A stretch of 64,000 nt of DNA from Scyliorhinus canicula (lineage: Eukaryota). This document shows positions 44,850 through 57,480 of the stretch, piece after piece. The notes beneath the pieces were generated by a model that was given only the letters and a program-made list of their open reading frames with translations, did not search any database and had not been told where the DNA came from. The position numbers and the translations under genes are program-made. The first letter of the stretch is position 1. Each line of letters opens with the position of its first letter. The stretch is taken from positions 32,157,990 through 32,221,989 of the forward strand of contig NC_052158.1 in NCBI RefSeq assembly GCF_902713615.1. Reading direction: 5' to 3'.

Positions 44850-47800
44850 TGAGAATTAGATAGTTCCTTAGAGCATGACATTTCAGCAGCAAGCAGAGAG
44901 CAGGCTATACTAGATCTGATAATGGGAAATGAACAGGATTAATTAATGTTGACCCGAGGTAGTAGTGATCATAATATGACTGTATTTTACATTCAGTTTG
45001 AGGGAGAGAAGAGAGGATCGAAGACAAGTTTTTTTTTAAGGCAATAAGAACAATTAAGAAGGCATGAGAGGTTAAAGTGACAGAAAAATTGGTTCAAGTG
45101 ATCAGCAGAGATGCAGTGACAGGCATTTAAGGAAGTATTTCAGAATACTCAGACGCATTTCAAGTGAGAAAGATGACTCTAAGGCAAGAACACACCATCC
45201 ATAGCTAAGTTAAAGTTGGTATCAAATCAAAAGGAAAACCGTATATGATGAGTGGCAGGTCAGAAGATTGGACAACATATCAAGAACAGCAATGAATGAC
45301 TAAAATATTAATAAGGAGGGAACAATTAGAACAATTGAGGGAAAGCTAGCTAGAAACATAAAATCAGATAGTAAGGGTATTTAAAAAGGAAAGAATAAGC
45401 AAAGTGCGTACTGGTCTAGAGTGTGAGAATGGCAAATTAATGGTGGAAAATAAAGAACTGGTGGATGAATTGAACATATATTCTCATCTGTCTTCATTGC
45501 AGAGGATACAAATAACATCTCAGAGGTATGTATGAACCAGGAGGTGAAAGGGAGGGAGGAACTTAAACCAACAACCAATCATCAGGGAAAGGCTATGAAG
45601 AAAACCTTTGAAACTAAAACTGACAAGACCACAGATCCTGGTGGACTTCATCCTAGGGCCTTAAAATAAATGGCTGCTGAGATAATAGATGAAATGATTT
45701 TAATGTTCCAAAATTCCCGAGATTCTCGAAAGGTCCCACCAGATTGGAAAACAATGAATGTGACTATTCAAGAAAGGAGAGGGGCAGGAAGCAGGAAACT
45801 TTGGAACAGTTTGCTTCACATCTGTTGCAGGGAAATGTCTGAAATCTATTATTGAGGAAGGTACAGTAGGGCACTTCGAAAATCTTCAGGCTGCAAAGAG
45901 ACATAGATAGGATGCACAGCTGGGCTGAGATGTGGCAGATGGAGTTTAACCCTGAAATGTGTAAGGTTGTCCATTTTGGAAGGACAGATATGAATGCGGA
46001 ATACAGGGTTAACGGTAGGGTACTTGGCAATGTGGAGGAGCAGAGAGATCTTGGGTCTATGTTCATAGATCTTTGAAAGTTGCCACTCAAGTGGATAGAG
46101 CTGTGAAGAAGGCCTATGGTGTGCTAGCGTTCATTAGCAGAGGGATTGAATTTCAGAGCCGTGAGGTGATGATGCAGCTGTACAAAACCTTGGTAAGGCC
46201 ACATTTGGAGTACTGTGTGCAGTTCTGGTCACCTCATTTTAGAAAGGATGTGGAAGCTTTGGATAAGGTGCAAAGGAGATTTACAAGGATGTTGCCTGGA
46301 ATGGAGAGTAGGTCATACGAGGAAAGGTTGAGGGTGCTAGGCCTTTTCTCATTAGAACGGAGAAGGATGAGGGGCGACTTGATAGAGGTTTACGAGATGA
46401 TCAGGGGAATAGATAGAGTAGACAGTCAGAGACTTCTTCCCCGGGTGGAAGAAACCATTACAAGGGAACACAAATTTAAGATGAATGGTGGAAGATATAG
46501 GGGGGATGTCAGAGGTAGGTTCTTTACTCACAGAGTAGTGGGAGCATGGAATGCACTGCTTGTGGAAGTAGTTGAGTCGGAAACATTAGGGACCTTCATG
46601 CGGCTATTGGATAGGTACATGGATTACGGTGGAATGATGGGGTGTAGATTAATTTGTTCTTAAGGGCAGCACGGTAGCATTGTGGATAGCACAATTGCTT
46701 CACAGCTCCAGGGTCCCAGGTTCGATTCCGGCTTGGGTCACTGTGCGGAGTCTGCACATGCTTCCCGTGTGTGCGTGGATTTCCTGCGGGTGCTCTGGTT
46801 TCCTCCCACAGTCCAAGGATGTGCAGGTTAGGTGGATTGGCCATGATAAATTGCCCTTCGTGTCCAAAATTGCCCTTAGTGTTGGGTGGGGTTACTGGGT
46901 TATGGGGATAGGGTGGAGGTGTTGACCTTGGGTAGGGTGCTCTTTCCAAGAGCCAGTGCAGACTCGATGGGCTGAATGGCCTCCTTCTGCATGGTAAATT
47001 CTATGAAGGGGACCCTGTGTTCCACTAACTTTCTGGAGTTTTTTGAAGAGGGAACAGAAATGGTCCATGAGGGCAATGCTGTTGATGTGATGTACATAAA
47101 CTTTCAGAAGGCATTCTGCACAGTGCCACTCAGCAGATTTGTGAGAAAAGTTATAGCTGATGGAATAAAAGGGAACATAAAACTGGCCAAATAATGGAAA
47201 ATGGAGAGTAATGGTCAATGGATATTTTCAGGCTGGAGTAAAGTTTGTAGTGGTGTTCCCAGGGACCATTGCTTTTGCCAATATATATTAATGATCCAGA
47301 TCTTGGTGTGCAGGGAGCAATGAGAATGTTTGTAGATCATACGAAACTTGGATGTCGTAAATTGTGAAGAGGACAGTGCAGAACCTCAAAAAGACATTGA
47401 TAAGTTGATGGAGTGGGCAGATGGGTGGCAGATGATGTTCAATGTCGAGAAATCTGAGGTGATGCATTTTGGTACGAAGAACTTGGAGAGACATAGAACA
47501 TAGAACATAGAACACTACAGCGCAGTACGGGCCCTTCGGCCCTCGATGTTGCGTCGACCTGTGAAACCATCTGAAGCCTATCTGACCTACACTATTCCAT
47601 TTTCATCCATATGTCTATCCAGTGACCACTTAAATGCCCTTAAAGTTGGCGAGTCTACTACTGTTGCAGGCAGGGCGTTCCACACCCCTACTACTCTCTG
47701 AGTAAAGAAACTGCCTCTGACATCTGTCCTATATCTTTCACCCCTCAATTTAAAGCTATGTCCCCTCGTGTTGGTCATCACCATCCGAGGAAAAGACTCT

Positions 47801-49520
47801 CACTGTCCACCCTATCTAACCCTCTGACTATCTTATATGTCTCTATTAAGTCACCTCTCAGCCTTCTCCTCTCTAACGAAAACAACCTCAAGTCCCTGAG
47901 CCTTTCCTCGTAAGACGTTCCCTCCATACCAGGCAACATCCTAGTAAATCTCCTCTGAACCCTTTCCAAAGCTTCCACATCCTTCCTATAATGTGGTGAC
48001 CAGAACTGCATACAGTACTCCAGGTGCGGCCGCACCAGAGTTATGTACAGCTGCAGCATGACCTTGTGGCTCCGAAACTCAATCCCCCTGCTGATAAAGG
48101 CTAGCACACCATATGCCTTCTTAACAGCCCTATTAACCTGGGTGGCAACTTTCAGGGATTTATGTACCTGGATGCCGAGATCTCTCTGTTCATCTACACT
48201 ACCAAGAATCTTGCCATTAGCCCAGTACTCTGCATTCCTGTTACTCCTTCCAAAGTGAACCATCTCACACTTTTCCGCATTAAACTCCATCTGCCACTTC
48301 TCAGCCCAGCTCTGCAGCATATCTATGTCCCTCTGTATCCTATAACATCCTTCAGCACTATCCACAACTCCACTGACCTTCATCTGCAAATTTACTAACC
48401 CATCCTTCTACACCCTCTTCCAGGTCATTTATAAAAATGACAAACAGCAGTGGCCCCAAAACAGATCCTTGCAGTACACCACTAGTAACTGAACTCCAGG
48501 ATGAACATTTAAATCAACCACCACCCTCTGTCTTCTTTCAGCTAGCCAATTACTGATCCAAACCGCTAAATCACCTTCAATCCCATACTTCCTTATTTTC
48601 TGCAATAGCCTACCGTGGGGAACCTTATCAAACGCCTTACTGAAATCCATATACACCACATCAACCGCTTTACCCTGATCCACCTGTTTGGTCACCTTCT
48701 CAAAAAACTCAATAAGGTTTGTGAGGCATGACCTACCCTTCACAAAACCGTGTTGACTATCGCTAATCAACTTGTTCTTTTCAAGATGATTATAAACCCT
48801 ATCTCTTATAAGACATTGTAAAATAAGGGATAAAATTCTTAAAGTTTTGTCGGAGCAAATGGGCCTGGGTATCTATGTGCAAAGATTATTGAAGGAGGCA
48901 GGAGAGTCACAGAGAACAGTTAATAGCGCATACAGTATTCCGGGCTTTGTAAATATGGGCATAGAGTACAAGAGCAGGGAGGTTATGTTGAATTGACATT
49001 CATTGGACTTCAGCTGGAATATTGTGCACCATACTATAGAAAGGTTATGAACGCATTGGAGCGAGTGCAGAAGAGGTTTGCAAGAATGGCTCCAGACGTG
49101 AGAAATTTCAGTTATGAGGATGGATCAGAGAGATTAGGACAGTTCTCCTAGGAAAGAAGGCAAGAAGAGATTTGATAGAGATATTCTAAATCATGAGGGG
49201 GGCTGGACAGTGCAGAGGGTATTCAGTCTAGAAACACCATGTGCATTGTGTGATACGAGGACACCTGTTATGTTATGCTACATTTCATCTTCAGTTCTCT
49301 CCCCAAAATAGCCCCTTGGCTATTATTCGCTGAATCATGAGGCATGTGTGTGTGTTTTTTTAACCATAAGACATAGGAGCAGAATTAGGCCGATCGGCCC
49401 ATCACGTCTGCTCTGCCATTCAATCATGGCTGATATTATTCTCATCCCCATTCTCCTGCCTTCTCCCTATAACCCCTTATCACCTTGTTAATCAAGAACC
49501 GATCTATCTCTGTCTTAAAG
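44850..49520. mobile_element. Stack of CR1 fragments (+44850-45850, +45885-46650, +47007-47490/48810-49210, -47491-48810, -49370-49520)
   Basis: CR1 RT motifs in ORFs 46073-46663, 47778-48389 and 48429-48770, and tail repeats AGAACAT. Confidence 0.88.
46664..47006 (+). mobile_element. HE1-like SINE
   Basis: Near-consensus full-length copy. Confidence 0.93.
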
Positions 49521-49900
49521 ATGGGTAGGAGTAGGAAAAGGTTCCTAAGCCTGCCTCATCCTGAATTGTACCCAATGCTGCTGACATTAACCTGATTCAC
49601 ACACTATCCATCTAACCGGGCCTCCAGAGATGGAACTGTCAGGAGGCCATTAATATATCATATATTGGGTAAAAGTGTATAAAGTGAACATTCCTCATCA
49701 AATGTGTTTATTCGATATTCTATGATGCTTAAGCTTAGGGGATATCCATTGTCCAGTTCACCCATAAATACATTCTGATAATCAGCTCATGCTTTGTTTC
49801 TTACCGACATTACACATGTATTGGATTTGATTCAGATGTTCTCTCAGTGTTACATGTCATAGATGTTAAATTGACCCATGATCCAACACAATGGACATGC

Positions 49901-50112
49901 TTTGAAAATAAATTTAGTGTACCCAATTCTTTTTTTTTTCCAATTAAGGGGCAATTTAGCATGGCCAATCCACCTACCCTGCGCACCTTTTTGGGTTGAT
50001 CCACGCAGACAAGGGTAGAATGTGCAAACTCCACACGGACAGTGACCTGGGGCCGGGATCGAACCCGGGTCCTCAGCTCCATGAGGCAGCAGTGCTAACC
50101 ACTGTGTCACCC
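49901..50112 (-). mobile_element. HE1-like SINE, short-tail subfamily
   Basis: Reverse complement of the 11632 type. Confidence 0.9.
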
Positions 50113-50136
50113 ACAATGGACGTTAATTACATATAG

Positions 50137-50353
50137 AGAAAATGCTGGAAATTCTCAGCAGGCCTGGCAGCACCTGTAGGGAGAGCAAAGAGCTAACGTT
50201 TTGAGGGCAGATGACCCTTTATCTAAGGGTCACCTGGACTCGAAACGTTAGCTCTTTTCTCTCCCTACAGATGCTGCCAGAGCTGCTGAGATTTTCCAGC
50301 ATTTTCTCTGGTTTCAGATTCCACCATCCGCAGTAATTTGCTTTTATTTAGTA
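50137..50353. mobile_element. Palindromic retro-insertion (Penelope-like)
   Basis: 85-bp arms at 50135-50219 and 50225-50309 with 9 mismatches. 14-bp TSD TTAATTACATATAG. Confidence 0.75.
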
Positions 50354-50442
50354 TTAATTACATATAGTTTGGATGTTAAAGTATGAAAGTCACCCTCCTA
50401 AGCACGTGTAACATGTTGACGAGGTTGTATGCGTAGCTGTTT

Positions 50443-51858
50443 CTATCTCGTTGCACTGATATTCTTGTACTGACACAGGAGGAGACGCTTGAAAGTTTTC
50501 TTGAATGTTGGATTGCACAGCGCATAGCAGGCTGGGTTGACGGTGCTGTTAATGTAAAATATCCAATATCCAATAATCCAGACCGTGTTGGGGACACAGG
50601 CTGAGCAGAAGGTGTCGATGAGAACGAGGACATTGTATGGGCTCCAAGTGATGATAAACGCCAGCAGAATAGCCAGAACGGTCTGTGTCACCTTCTGCTC
50701 TCGGGATACAGTTCCCTTCTTTTTCTTAGCTGGGATATCAGTCACTGTAATGATCTTATTGTCTACCCTGATCTCTCCATCATTCCCACCCTTACTGGCG
50801 ATAACTGGCACCATTCTTGTTGTGGTGTCACAGTGGTTATTCTTTTTAAACTTGCTGACTATTTTCAAGCAGGAGAGTTTGGAGTTGTCCATCCTGAAAC
50901 AGGTTGGAGTAGTGGATGTGCTCTCCTGTATCACCAATTGTTTCTTCTGCTTTGATTGGGCCCCACTGGGGGAAGTTGACTCAATGACGAGCTCCTCTCC
51001 TTGGCCACAATTATCACTTATTATTTCTCCAGTCATTTTGCTCTTTTGCATCTTGACCTCTGGTAAGCCATCAGGAGCATTTGAAAAGTTGTTATTATTC
51101 GGCTCCATTATTTTGCCCTTCGCTGCACGATGAGAAACGGTCCTCTTGCTCGATTCGGACTCCTTTTTATCTTCCATTATTCGACTTTTGCTGGCACGAG
51201 ATATTTTCACGTATAAAATCATCATGATGAACACAGGGAGGTAGAAGGCACCTATGGCAGTGCCAAAAGTGACAACTGGATTTGAGAAAAACTGTATATG
51301 ACACTCGCCCTCGCCGACTGTCCGCTCCCCTACGATGAACTGCCAGAAGAGAATGGCAGGAGCCCACAGGATAAACGACACCACCCAAACAGCAGCAATC
51401 ATCAATCCTGCCATTTTTGCTGTTCTCCTCACGGGGTAGCTGAGGGGCTTTGTCACGCAGAAGTAGCGGTCAAAGCTGATGACCAGGAGGCTCATGGACG
51501 AGGCATTACTGACAACATAATCTAGAGCAAGCCACAAGTCACATACCACCGGGCCCAAAGGCCAGTAGCCAATCAGAGTGTAAATGGTGAATAGATTCAT
51601 GGACACACCGACAATCAAATCAGCACAGGCCAAGCTAAAGATAAAGTAATTGTTAATAGTTTGCAATTGTCTGTTTACTTTGATAGAAACAATGACCAGG
51701 ATGTTTCCAATAATTGTCAACACGCTCAAAGATCCTGTCACAATCACAGCGAAGACCAGCTCGACTGTTTTATAAGGACTCCCTGTTTCAGTGACAACCA
51801 GGTCTGTTGGATTGCTGAGAGATTGACCTGTCTGTGTCGAGTTAGCCGCCATTCCCAT
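50443..51858 (-). CDS. chrm2: Muscarinic acetylcholine receptor M2-like, single coding exon
   Basis: Intact 7TM ORF: [48 protein letters not shown] and an M2-type end YKNISATR. Start ATG at 51858 or 51852 (the ORF-track start at 51876 is GTG). Splice acceptor at 51899-51900. Orthologue versus paralogue is unresolved. Confidence 0.93.
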   Translation of the reverse strand: MGMAANSTQTGQSLSNPTDLVVTETGSPYKTVELVFAVIVTGSLSVLTIIGNILVIVSIKVNRQLQTINNYFIFSLACADLIVGVSMNLFTIYTLIGYWPLGPVVCDLWLALDYVVSNASSMSLLVISFDRYFCVTKPLSYPVRRTAKMAGLMIAAVWVVSFILWAPAILFWQFIVGERTVGEGECHIQFFSNPVVTFGTAIGAFYLPVFIMMILYVKISRASKSRIMEDKKESESSKRTVSHRAAKGKIMEPNNNNFSNAPDGLPEVKMQKSKMTGEIISDNCGQGEELVIESTSPSGAQSKQKKQLVIQESTSTTPTCFRMDNSKLSCLKIVSKFKKNNHCDTTTRMVPVIASKGGNDGEIRVDNKIITVTDIPAKKKKGTVSREQKVTQTVLAILLAFIITWSPYNVLVLIDTFCSACVPNTVWIIGYWIFYINSTVNPACYALCNPTFKKTFKRLLLCQYKNISATR

Positions 51859-53095
51859 CTGATGTGTAGTTAGCACTGATGAGGCATAAGTGTAGAAACT
51901 AAAAGAAAAATTGATTAGGAAACAGATTTCAGATGAAGTTAAAGGACAACTGGTACCTCATTGACGTTCTGCCGGCAAGACCTTCAATATCTTTGGCAGG
52001 AGGGACTCTGTTTTAATTAGGAATTATTTCATGGGCCGTTTCCTGTACAATTGATTATGAACTAATAGTTAATTACTTCTGTCGAACTGAATGAAGATGT
52101 TGATGAGCGACATTGCAGAGATGTCTCTCAATGTGTTAAATCCATTGATCCAATCACCTGCGAGCTCTGCAAATGTTCACCTGTTCATGGAAGAAAGGTT
52201 TGACCCCTGTATTTCCTTTATGTTCATGTCTCAAGGTCACAAATTCCTGTAAGCCCATAACATCCAGGTCTACTCGGGAAGTGATGTTAGAAGAACGGTT
52301 GCACCAGTGTCACTGCTCTCTCAGAGACTGAACAACCACCCTATCCAATAGGTTTTCAGTCATTCAGATGGAAAGCAGGGACTTGGAGCTTCACTACTGG
52401 GATGAGGGAAAAAAGTATCTGAGATTATGCAGATATCATGCCTTTCAAAGCAGATAGCCATTGGGTCACATTAATTGATGCCTAATACCAGTTTTAATGC
52501 TTTAATGTATCTAATTATGTAACTTACATGTTTTATGATGCTGTCGTGCTAAATACAAATGCAAGAATGATTTCCAGATGTTGGTATTTCAAAACAAATG
52601 TAGGAAACACATCAGGGGATATAAAATGACCAACATTTCACTGAAGCTGGCACTGTTAAAGAAACATCATGCTTCATATTGTGTGTTACTGAATGCTTAA
52701 ATAGTTCATTTATCAATATTAAATATCTCAGCAAGAATTCTCAATATTGTTCAAACTTGATTTAAGGCATTGTAAAGGAAATATACAGGAAGAAAATGCT
52801 GAGTTAGGATAGTGGGGATAAGGGCATGAGAGAGGAAGACAGAATGGATGATAAAACAAGAAGGATGAAAGAAAATGGGACAGAGAGGGAGGTGGAAATG
52901 TCACAGAGAAGAAACTGTAGACTACGAAACAGGAGAATTAGTAAAAGAAATTAAAGTGGAACCACTATTTGCGATGGGCGTACCAGAGTAAGATATAGCA
53001 GGAGGAGAAAATGATGTCATTGTTTCTGCATGTCTGAAGTGTATTTGGAGTTCAGGGCATAGAGTAAAATTAATTGGACATTAATTGAAAATTAA

Positions 53096-53393
53096 TTAGC
53101 ATTGCTGCCTCACAGCGCCAAGGGCCCGTGTTCGATTACGACCTTGGATAACTGTCTGTGTGGAGTTTGTACATTATCCCCGTGTCTGCGTGGATTTCCT
53201 CCAGGTGCTCTGGTTTCTTCCCACAGTCCAAAGATGTGCAGACTAGATAGATTGCAGTACTAAATTGACATTAGGGTGGGGTTGCAGGAATAGGCTGCAG
53301 GGAGATTGGGCCTAGGTAGGATGGTGTTTCAAAGGGTCAGTGCAGACTTGATGGGCCGAATGGCCTTCCTTCTGCACTTTAGCGATTCTATGA
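53096..53393 (+). mobile_element. HE1-like SINE, older copy
   Basis: Diverged consensus. Confidence 0.85.
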
Positions 53394-53617
53394 AAGAAAT
53401 GGACAAAAAGGTAAGGTGAAAATTTTCTATTTTGTCAAAAATGTTTTGGTTAACAAGTGCATGAAAAAAGATGATTGACTATGCATGGTGAATTAATCTT
53501 GCAATTGTCTTCAGAAGATTAATAATGCTATTGTCTCTGCATTATACAAATAATGGAGAACCACAATTTTGCCCGTTTTGCCAGTATGGGCACTGTAGCT
53601 TTACACAATCCCAAGTC

Positions 53618-53750
53618 GAGACTGAAGACTGGTCCTATAGTTCAGGAACAGGAATGTGTGCTCTTTATATCATCTCAAGGAGAGACTGAAGAGTTGTCCT
53701 ATAGTTCAGGAACAGGAATGTGTGCTCTGTACATAATCTCAAGTAGAGAC
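53618..53750 (+). repeat. 64-bp tandem duplication
   Basis: GAGACTGAAGA...TCCTATAGTTCAGGAACAGGAATGTGTGCTCT units start at 53618 and 53682. Confidence 0.9.
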
Positions 53751-55893
53751 AACGAGTGGAAATTGTTTCTGGTCCTTTTTCAGGTGAGCCCCTCGCATGC
53801 AATCCAATCCAATCAGAAGTCTCACGGACCCATGAGTAGCTGTTGGCACCTATCACACTTCCGCAAGCAGATCATACATTATATTGAGAAGGATATCCAT
53901 CTGTTGGCCTCATCTTAATGTGAGTCCTTCTGCTATGGTGTAATGGATCTTAATTGTGAAGCACAAGAAATCCCAAAGGGAATCTTGGCCCATCTAGCGT
54001 AACTTAATTTTTGTGCTCTGACCACAGGAAGATAGGCTTACTGAACTCTGAAGCCATAAATTTCAGCCACATTAAACCAAAGCATTTATTAATAAAATGA
54101 AATAAAACTTAACATGCAGGATTACAATTAAATTATTCTGACAGAACATGTCCCCCAAAAATATTTAGTACTTGGTCTGACTCACAAGTGAAAACCATGT
54201 TGGCAGAGCTCCCTTATAGATGTTTAACTATAAAAAAAATCCAGTAACATTACACCCAAGGCAAAGCTTTAGTGATACCACGTGATCTCTCACTTATCAC
54301 TTCCACTCTAGTGGAACTTCAAAACATTAGGCAGTACACAGTTTTATTTTTGCAGCCCCATGACATTTCTGGCTTAACTGGATGTTGATTTAAAACTGCA
54401 TCTCTTCCAATCTAGAGATGTTGCTTGCAGGTCTTTCTCAAACAGCCAACCCTCAGGAGGTGGGACATACCCATTTTCCAACACAGATCTCAAAAATATC
54501 TCCTTAAGTATTGTTTTCCATCTTCCATCTTCCATTGTCCGTGCCCATGTTAGAAACTTAACTTTAAATAAAAATCTTTCATGTTCGCTCGATAGCCCCA
54601 ATTGCATGTCAAATACAATTTGATCATCTTTCCTTGTTTGATTATGAAGCCTTTGCAAGCTGCACATGTCTTTTTTACGTTTTACTTCCCCTTTGCAATT
54701 TAACATCAAAAAATCCAAATCCTTGCCTATCTCCAAATTCAAATTTCTACCCACTGACTATTTACATGTAGAAAATTAACTTGACACCCTTACTTAACAC
54801 ACATTCATTTGAAGTCCCAAACCTTATAGAAAATCAATCCCCAACTTAATTAAATTATGTTCATGAACATAAACACGAGACTTTCACAGAATAACATAAT
54901 GAATCCCAAAAACATTAAATATAGTACCATCTCTCATCACACAGATGAAGGGGCACAATCAGTGGGTTTACAGAAATAAGCTCACTGTTTCTTTAACTCA
55001 AGAAACCATGATTAAATTGGTTATTTTCAAAACATAGATACATTGGGGCTGGGAAAAGATAGCATCAAAGGAAGGGAGCCTTTGCAATACTCTTGTTGAC
55101 ACAAACCAAGGGAAGTTCAATAAAGGGAGTCAACTTATCACTTCTCACTTGGAAGAAAATCAACTTGGGGATAGCCCATCAGAAATAAACAAATTGTGCT
55201 GAGATAATTCCTACAGAGTGTACAGCATTTGGGGACGTCATCCATGAATGTGCAGCAACAATCTGTGCAGCTTAAATTCTCCAATTAAGTTTACTCTCAT
55301 ATTACCTCATCAAAGTTTCTCAGTATTTGATCTCTCTTCTCTTACTTCATGTATTGTCCATTTTCCTATTAATACATCTGTACTATTTGTTTTAACCACT
55401 CACTGTAGCAGCGAATGCCACATACTCACCACTATTTGGGCTTGTTGAATGTAATATGAGATGGGATTTAGTCTTCATCATGTAAATTCATTATTGTTTA
55501 ATGAATTTAGACATTTGCGTAAAGGGATATTTGGCCACATTCTTCAACTGCTCTCTGAACTTCATCTGGATCATAGCGTAAATACAAATGTTTGTGCAGC
55601 AACTCAGGAGGTGAAGCATGAATCCTATATCCCAGACAATATCAAGCATCAGTGTAGATTTGTACGCTATGAACCACATTCCAGCCCATGTGGAATACAC
55701 CATACTTGTGGACCACAACAGGATGAAATTCCCAGAGATAACAAGCAGTTGGATGCAAAATTTCCTTAGACTCTCCATCTCTGAGATTCTGGGATTCTCC
55801 CCACTGCTGGGATCTTGGACTATCCTGTGGGCTCTATTGGCCAATAAAATATGGCTAATGGTGAATGGATTGAGCAGTGGAATCAGAGTAAAT

Positions 55894-56198
55894 GTGCTTC
55901 ACAGCTCCAGGGTCCCAGGTTCGATTCCGGCTTGGGTCACTGTCTGTGCAGAGTCTGCACATCCTCCCTGTGTGGGCGTGGGTTTCCTCCAGGTGCTCCG
56001 GTTTCCTCCCACAGTCCAAAGATGTGCAGGTTAGGTGGATTGGCCATGATAAATTGCCCTTAGTGTTGGGTGGGGTTACTGGGTTATGGGGCTAGGGTGG
56101 AGGTGTTGACCTTGGGTAGGGTGCTCTTTCCAAGAGCCGGTGCAGACTCGATGGGCCGAATGGCCTCCTTCTGCACTGTAAATTCTATGAAATCTATG
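55894..56198 (+). mobile_element. HE1-like SINE inside the GPCR pseudogene
   Basis: 5'-clipped consensus copy with AAAT on both flanks. Removing it restores ITPMVLF-TLIPLLN. Confidence 0.92.
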
Positions 56199-57139
56199 AA
56201 ATAGGACCATAGGGGTGATAATGCAGTGCTGGAGCATAACTGTTAACCAGACTCGTAATTCCATAACATTGCTTTGTGCAGAGCAAACTACGAGGCATTG
56301 CACAGCTGATACTGATCAGTTAACATCAAATACCACGTAGTATGCTTTAAACAGCTCAACACGGTCACCGTACCAAGAGCCACAGCCGCCGTTTTCTCAC
56401 TACAATATTTAACTTACAGCCTTGGGCAACAAATAGCCACAACTCCATCAAAGGTGTAAGTGGTAGTGAACAAGACAGAGCAGTCTGTGGCTGCATAGAG
56501 CAGAATTGTGTGGATGTTACATGTAGGGATGGAGTACACAAAAATGAACTGCTTCCAAGAAAAAAATTGCAATACGACTTATCATCAGGTCGATAATAAC
56601 AACCAATAGATTGGCCACTGCCATAGCCACCAGATAGCGTGTGACACATTTGGAGAGACTACACATTCCATGAGACAGGATCACAATTGTCACTACGTTG
56701 ACTGTGAGGAAGAGACATAAACAGGGAAAGCATATATCAGATTAGAAGCAAAATTATCAGTTTCACTAATTACTTGTTGCGATACAAAAATGCCCCGTGA
56801 TCTTTTGACTTTGTTTATTCTTTCAGACATGTGGTTGACCCTGGCAAGGCTAGCATTTTTTGCCCACCCTAATTTCTCTTGAACTGGGTGGTTTACTAGC
56901 TTATTGTACAGGGCTGGTAGGATTCAATCACAGAAATATTTGCAGTCAGGGAGAGGGGGATCTGATAGAAACACATCTGTGGGAGTGACTGAGAGACTGC
57001 ACTGTATGTTCTATGATCTATATTCTATGACTTGGATTTCGGATTTCCAGTCTTGTTACAATCTCCTAATTTCAAGAAAGAAACATCAAATGAGGATGCC
57101 GTTCTTTGAGGTCAGAATGAATGGGATACTGTGCAATCG

Positions 57140-57480
57140 GGGAGGCAGTGGCAGCATGATATTGTCACTGGACTAGCAATCCAGAGACCCAGGGTAATGG
57201 TCTGGCGACATGGATTCGAATCCCACCAGGGCAGATAGTGGAATTTGAATTCAATAAAAATCTGGAATTAAAAGTCTAATGATGAAATTGAATCGATTGT
57301 CGTAAAAACCCATCTGGTTCACTAATGCCCTTTAGGGGTGAAAATCTGTCATCCTCACCTGGTCTGGCACACATGTGACTCCAGACGCAGAGCAATGTGG
57401 TTGACTCTTAAATGCCCTCAGGGATGGGCAATAAATGTTGGTCCAGTGATGCCCACATCCCATGAACAAATAAAGGAATA
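57140..57480 (+). mobile_element. tRNA-derived SINE of a third family (possibly DeuSINE/SacSINE-like)
   Basis: Box B GATTCGAATCC. The tail GGGCAATAAATGTTGG...GATGCCCACATCCC is shared with the LINE at 58680. Confidence 0.65.

Noticed and set aside
50585-51133. 182-aa antisense ORF within the M2-like gene
   Set aside because: It is the shadow frame of the receptor ORF, with no independent motif or signal.
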